From contig OX597836.1 in the NCBI GenBank assembly GCA_951406725.2, forward strand, positions 22,878,001 to 22,942,000: a DNA stretch of 64,000 bases, in the 5' to 3' direction. A model generated the notes under the pieces. It was given only the letters and a program-made list of their open reading frames with translations, made no database searches and had not been told where the DNA came from. Positions 57,786-64,000 of the stretch are shown piece after piece; the stretch's first letter is position 1; each line of letters opens with the position of its first letter. Source of the stretch: Octopus vulgaris. Lineage: Eukaryota. The translations under genes were made by a program, and so were the position numbers.

Positions 57786-58165
57786 AACTTTCACACTGGA
57801 AATTAGATATATCCGCTGAAAATTTGATTACCCTTAATTGCAGAAGCCAGTTTTATATATCAATGTATCTTTTATTGAGGAATGTCACGTTTGAAACTAT
57901 TTTCTGTTGAAATATGTCAAGTTTATTGAGGCAATGTGACTTGCAGAAAATACCAATTCCATATATTTTGGTAGATATTTAACATCATTACTGAAATAAC
58001 CTTGAACTTTAATTTCACAGGGAATGGGTTAAACATTAACACTTCTGTTACTGTTAACATACACCTTATTTACAGTAATATGAGGCCTAACTTCACATAT
58101 AGGAACCAGGGTGGCTTTTGGAGGCATTTTTTTTTTTTTTTGGGGATAGAAAAGTGTCTCTTATA

Positions 58166-58389
58166 TATGAGGGGGATGCTGAAAAGTTCCTAGCTTTGGA
58201 TTAAAAAAAGACTACAAGAGGATCAGTTAATTATGATTTTATTCAACATATTCCCTTCTTGGATTTACACATTCATTGCAGCGGTCCTTCAGTTTTTCTA
58301 AACCCTGTAAAAGAATTTGGAAGGTTGGGCCTTCAACCAGGCCTTTTGTGACATCTTTAAAGCTAGGAACCTTTCAGCACCCCCTCGTG
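58166..58389. mobile_element. Mariner-derived MITE
   Basis: TIRs GAGGGGGATGCTGAAAAGTTCCTAGCTTT / AAAGCTAGGAACCTTTCAGCACCCCCTC. Confidence 0.7.
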
Positions 58390-59394
58390 TATGAGTATAT
58401 ATATATATATATATATATATAATAGATTCTTTTTATTACATATACTGTACTTAATTGCATATAAGAGGCACTTTTTTACCCCTACAAAAATGTCGCCAAG
58501 GGTCACTCCACATCCTATATGCAAATTTGGACCTCCCATAAGCTAATTTTGTTCAACAATCACTACTACAAATTAATTTTAATCTAGATAGTCTCTTCTA
58601 CCTACCCAGCCTCAAACATTATTATTATTATTATTATCATCAGGGTGGTAAGCTGGCAGAACCATTAGCACACCAGGCAAAATGCTTAGCAGTATTTCAT
58701 CCATCTGTACATTTTGAGTTCAAATTCCACCAAAGTCAACTTTACCTTTCATCCAGTTAGGGTCAATAAAATAGGTACCAGTTGAACACGGGGGTCAATG
58801 TAATCAACTAACCCCCTCCCACGAAATTTGAGGCCTTGTGTCTATAATAGACATTATTATTACTATCATCCTTACTTGCACTATTAAGGGTAACAAACTG
58901 GCAGAACTGTTAACTTGCCAGGTCAGATGCTTGGTACCATTTCATCCATCTTTGTTTTGAGTTCAAATTCCACCGAGGTCAACTTTGCCTTCTATCCTTT
59001 CGGGGTTGATAAAATAAGGACCAGTTGAGCACTGGGGTTGATGTAATCAACTTACCCCGTCCCCTGAAATTGCTGACATTGTGCCAAAATTTGAAACCAT
59101 TGTAATTGGTTGCTATAAAAGGAATTTTCTAAACATATTTTTTGTTACATGTTTTATTATTCTTTTATTTTTTATTGTTTACTCTTTTCAGCCATTAGAC
59201 TACAGCCATGCTGGGGCACTGCCTTTTGGGGTTTTAGTCAAGCCAATCGATCCCCTGCACTTATCTTCTGTTTAAGTCTGATATTTATTCTATTGGTCTC
59301 TTTTGCCAAACTGCTAAGTTACAGAAATGTAAACACACCAACACCAACTGTCAAGCGGCAGTGGGGAACAAACACAAATGCACACACACACACA

Positions 59395-60400
59395 CAGAGT
59401 CTTGCAGATAAACTGAGACCAATGTTAAGCAGTTGACTTACTGGGTTTAACATATCATTTTTTGACAAAACTTTGCTTGCTTGAAAATCTAATCCTTCTT
59501 TTTTATTTTTCAGGACAACAGAGTGTCATTAAACAACAGGATCATTCCACCATTGTTGTTTTGGCACATGCTGGGCATACTGCCAATTAAATTGGTAAGT
59601 TGATGAAACTTCCAAAAGCAACAGTTTACCGTACATATAAAGAATTTAAAGAAGAGGGGAAGATTGATAGAAAAGAACACAAGACTCTGAGTGATTCCAA
59701 GTGCAATCCAAAGTTTCTTGCTGGCCTCAAATGCTCAGCTGAAGCCAACCTATCCATATCCATGACAACTCTTGCAAAGAAACACAATGTGTCTCTTTCC
59801 ACAGTGTCCAAAGCTGTGAACAAGAACCTTGGCATAACTAGCTATGTTTAACAATGCTGTCACCTCCTAACGGCCATGACCAAAGCAGTCAGAGCTGGGG
59901 GATGCCCAAAGCTACTGTCATTCATCAAACATCAAGGTGCAGGTAAAACTCCCATGTTTGTGAACGAGAAGTTCACTGTGGATGCTAAGGTGAATCGCAG
60001 AAATTCTCGAGTGATTGCATACAACCCCTGTGTTTGAGACTAAGAATCTTGCCCCTGTGATGGTATTTGGAGCCATGGTGAGTTATGGAAGTGTCATCAA
60101 TCCACACTTCATTGACCTTCGCTTGAAGATCGGCACAAAGGAGTATCTAGACATCCTGAAGAACTCTGTTACCTTGGATGGAGCAGAAGTTTGGGCTTGA
60201 CAATGTGGTGCTTGTCCAGGATTCTGCACCATGTCATGGGTCAAAAGCAACACAGACCTTCCTTGGTGAGAAGGTGCCATTTTTTGTGAGGGCTAACATC
60301 TGGCCCAGTAATAGCCCAAATCTCAACCTTCTCGATTACTTTTTATGGGGCTTACTTCAAGAAAGGACCAATGCTTCACCACACTTGAGTGTCAACAGTA
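59395..60400 (+). mobile_element. maT (DD37D) Tc1/mariner-superfamily transposon, decayed
   Basis: HTH region, NEKFTV..NRRNSRV, and QDSAPCH...WPSNSPNLNLLDYFLWG with 37 residues between the 2nd and 3rd Asp. Confidence 0.8.
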
Positions 60401-60537
60401 AAAAACAATTTGGTTATGGTTAGATGCCCTCCTTGATTCCAGTCAACATAATATTTCCCCACAGCTGTATGCATTACTAGAGAATGGAAATAAATGATAC
60501 ACTCATTTTACAATCATTCTATTTTGGCTGGAATTAT

Positions 60538-60842
60538 TCCACAGAGGGGGAAGGGGAGGTAGAAATCTTCAACCTTCCAGAGAGGGGGATTTGAGAGAGG
60601 GAAGGGGAGGTAGAAATCTTCAACATTAGAGTGGGGGAAGTGGAGGTAAAAATCTTCAACATTAGAGAAGGGGAAGGGGAGGTAGAAATCTTCAACCTTT
60701 CAGAGAGGGGGAAGGGGAGGTAGAAATCTTCAACATTAGAGTGGGGGAAGGGGAGGTAGAAATCTTCAACATTCCAGAGAGGGGGGAAGGGGAGGAAGGG
60801 GTGGTAGTAATCTTCAACATTCCAGAGAGGATGATTCGAGAG
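60538..60842. repeat. Purine-rich minisatellite of about 36-50 bp (GGGGAAGGGGAGGTAGAAATCTTCAACATT)
   Basis: About 7 visible copies. Confidence 0.9.
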
Positions 60843-61045
60843 GGACATCTTGTAGCTCTTGAATTTTGAAGAAGCACAAATGTAAACACACACACACACA
60901 CACATATATATGGCCACAGTCAAATGACTGAAACAAGTAAAAGAGAGATGATGATGATGATGACTAAGCCTTCAGTATTAATTCATAATTAAAAAAAAAA
61001 TTCAACTCAACATTTTATTTATTTCTTTTATTAAATTTTTTACTA

Positions 61046-61239
61046 TTATTTTGAATTTTTTTTGTTTTTCTTCTTGCGTTTCAAATTCTCTCCTTGCCGG
61101 TACTTCTGGTACGACCGTTTCTGTGCCTTTACTCGGCGACTCTTCAGGATCTGCTGAGCATTCTTCCGCTCTTTATTTTTGAATCTCCGTTTCTTATTAC
61201 CTAAAGCATTTGGAGCGTCTTCATCAGGTTTGCCCATTC
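61046..61239 (-). CDS. DDX54: Terminal exon of probable DEAD-box RNA helicase DDX54/DBP10 (basic C-terminal tail)
   Basis: Long polypyrimidine tract + TAG acceptor (61240-61242). KERKNAQQILKSRRVKAQKRSYQKYRQ resembles the DDX54 C-terminal ELKxxQQILKxRR motif. AATAAA copies at 61014-61032. The gene name rests on this short motif only. Confidence 0.65.
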
Positions 61240-61325
61240 CTATGATGGAGAAAAAGTGGAAGAATGAGAAAGAAAGAAAGTGATCAAATTGGACTTATCT
61301 CCCTTAGTTATTATACACAAAATGT

Positions 61326-61540
61326 GGATCTTTTCGGTTTGAACGGCAGTTTTTAACATAATTTCTAGGCGTAGGAGTGGCTGTGTGGTAAGTAGCTTGC
61401 TAACCAACCACATGGTCCCGGGTTCAGTCCCACTGCGTGGCACCTTGGGCAAGTGTCTTCTGCTATAGCCCCGGGCCGACCAATGCCTTGTGAGTGGATT
61501 TGGTAGACGGAAACTGAAAGAAGCCTGTCGTATATATGTA

Positions 61541-61587
<47 letters not shown>

Positions 61588-62172
61588 GTGTGTGTGCTGT
61601 GTTTGTCACCCTAGCATTGCTTGACAACCGATGCTGGTGTGTTTACGTCCCCGTCACTTAGCGGTTCGGCAAAAGAAACCGATAGAATAAGTACTGGGCT
61701 TACAAAGAATAAGTCTCGGGTTCGATTTGCTCGACTAAAGGTGGTGCTCCAGCATGGCCGCAGTCAAAATGACTGAAACAAGTCAAAGAGTAAAAGAGTA
61801 ACTAAAAAATTTTAAACTTCGTATACTGGTAGAATGTGTTTATAAAACATCTTTTTCTCTTGGCTTTATTGAGAAAATTCTATAGTTTGTAAGATATCTG
61901 GTCTTTAATTTCTTGCATTTTGGCAATTTCAACCAATCAATGACCGTCTATTGAGGTAAAAATATCCTGTGTCGTATGAATATGTCCCTCGTTTAAGAAA
62001 CAGATTGGGTTTATTTACATTTGTGAAGAAAAAAAGATAGCCTTCCCCCCAGCCCTAACTAACCCTAACCTAAAACAGATTGAAATGCAATAGATCGATA
62101 CTAGGGTCATAATTATGGGTGACAATTTCATGACACCGCTAGAAAAAACTGCCGTTCAAACCGAAAAGATCC
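61326..62172. mobile_element. MITE with about 28-bp TIRs and 8-bp TSD (Merlin-like), carrying a nested SINE, in the last intron of the DDX54-like gene
   Basis: GGATCTTTTCGGTTTGAACGGCAGTTTT and its reverse complement; TSD CAAAATGT at 61318-61325 and 62173-62180. Confidence 0.8.
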
Positions 62173-63249
62173 CAAAATGTTTGTTACCTGTCACACAACA
62201 GGTAATGTTGGAAACATACTTTTGTAACTGTTGGTAGTGTTTAACTATTAATTAATAAATATTTAAACAGTACTGTTGTTATTGATAAAGTATATGTTGC
62301 CAACACTTTCCTATTCTTCAAGGAAGATGTTATATTTTTATTTCAGAGGAATTCAAAAGCACAGAGCTAGTGGGTAATTTGTCAAGACATGTCAACAAAC
62401 ATCACCAGTCGCAGCCCAGCCACGAATGATAATGTCCACTGACTGTAGCAGAACTGCAAACAGTGACATCACCATTTGTAGCCATACCGCAATATAGGTT
62501 GGAAACATTCATACAGACATATATACATTATTGTCATCATTTTATCTACCTTTTCTTCAACATCTACCTTTTCATGCTTATGTTGATCAGACAGAATTTA
62601 CTGTGGCTGATTTTTTCATGGTTAGATACCCTCCCTAGTTCCAATCAACATAATATTTGCCCACAGCTGTATATATTACTAGAGAAGAATTAATACAAAC
62701 GATACGTAGGAGTGGCTGTGTGGTAAGTAGCTTGCTTACCAACCACATGGTTCTGGGTTCAGTCCCACTGCGTGGCACCTTGGGCAAGTGTCTTCTGCTA
62801 TAGCCTCGGGCTGACCAAAGCCTTGTGAGTGGATTTGGTAGACGGAAACTGAAAGAAGTCCGTTGTATATATGTATATATATGTGTGTGTGTGTTTGCGT
62901 GTCTGTGTTTGTCCCCCCAACACCGCTTGACAACCGATGCTGGTGTGTTTACGTCCCCGTAACTTAGCGGTTCAGCAAAAGAGACCAATAGAATAAGTAC
63001 TAGGCTTACAAAGAATAAGTCCTGGGGTCGATTTGCTCGACTAAAGGCGGTGCTCCAGCATGGCCAGTCAAATGACTGAAACAAGTAAAAGAGTAAGATA
63101 CACACCTTTTACAACTTTTACGTGGTTTCAAGGCAAAAAGAATACACATACACTCTTGCAGATACATACACACACACACAAAAAAAAACCTCTCTAAGTT
63201 TCTATCTACCAAATCCACTCACAGGGTTTTGATTGGCCAGGACAAAAAC

Positions 63250-63720
63250 ACTATGACAAAATTTTTTTTTGTCTTTGGTCAACAAGTGTTATTCCTATTT
63301 GCTTATATCTAGAAATCAAAGGAAAGTACTACTATTCCCTTCAAACTTTGGTTTGTGACCGGGACACCAATGTTTTGAAACTGACCTATTTTCCATTACA
63401 TTTCACACAGATTCAGCACCGAGTTGCTGAAGCAGAAATATCGTTATAGCAAATATTCTGCTCAATATCACAGATTTGCTTGTCAGGTGCTTGGCTTTAA
63501 CCACTTGAGCATGTCTCTTAGTGGCTGACAATATGTGCATCTCTGATCATGAGCAGGAGTAATGGGGGAACATCATAGCCATGTGCCGAGAGGGATTCTT
63601 TAGGGCTCAAATAAATGTAACCAAAGTAAAGTTTGAAGGAAATATTAGCCATTTTTCATACTTTCTAGAGGATAGCAAATAGGAAACAACAGTAGCTACC
63701 CCAGAACAAATATCACAATG
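63250..63720. mobile_element. Non-autonomous DNA element with subterminal inverted repeats (Chapaev-like)
   Basis: 63293-63358 is inverted relative to 63617-63684; CAC start; similarity to 2960-3030. Confidence 0.45.
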
Positions 63721-63887
63721 TTATAGAAGACACTTGTCCAAGGTGTCAAGCAATGGAACTGAACCTGAAATCACATGCTTAGGAAGTGAACGTTTTAACC
63801 ACATGGCCATGCCTATGCTTGCTGAAATAAAAAAGACTGAAGAAAAGCTTCAAGTAAAAATAAAATAGAAATGGTTTTGTCTCTTAC

Positions 63888-64000
63888 GTCTTTTGTTTAA
63901 ACCAAACACCTTTATGTGTTTCTCTTCAGCAGTGGCAGATTCCGTTTCCATTTTGGCTGGAATGATTCCACCACCACCATCATCATCATCATCACCATCT
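63888..64000 (-). CDS. DDX54: Penultimate exon (partial, runs off the window) of the same gene: DGDDDDDGGGGIIPAKMETESATAEEKHIKVFGLNKR
   Basis: GTAAG donor at 63883-63887. The phase 1 join C|GA is in frame with the 61239 exon. The acidic stretch fits the region after the DBP10 C-terminal domain. Confidence 0.65.

Overview
Repeat-dense, AT-rich eukaryotic DNA. The SINE/RTE/microsatellite landscape suggests a cephalopod, probably Octopus (inference). Nearly all ORFs in the supplied track are microsatellite artefacts. Two minus-strand host genes were read by hand. One is a complete 3-exon gene (42183->30114) encoding an 87-aa precursor with a signal peptide, an 8-Cys domain and an R/N/Y-rich tail. 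The other is the last two exons of a probable DDX54/DBP10 helicase (64000->61046). Mobile DNA includes a young 5'-truncated Penelope-like element (PLE; RT + GIY-YIG) inserted in (TA)n and at least 7 minimal hammerhead-ribozyme-like motifs, mostly with non-canonical cores. There is also a head-to-tail Helitron array, mariner/Tc1/maT/Chapaev/Merlin-type DNA transposon remnants, RTE, CR1 and R4/Dong-type LINE fragments, four SINE families, a CpG-decayed tRNA-Asn pseudogene, several near-perfect palindromes and tandem arrays. Family names come from motif recognition only, with no database search, and repeat boundaries are approximate.
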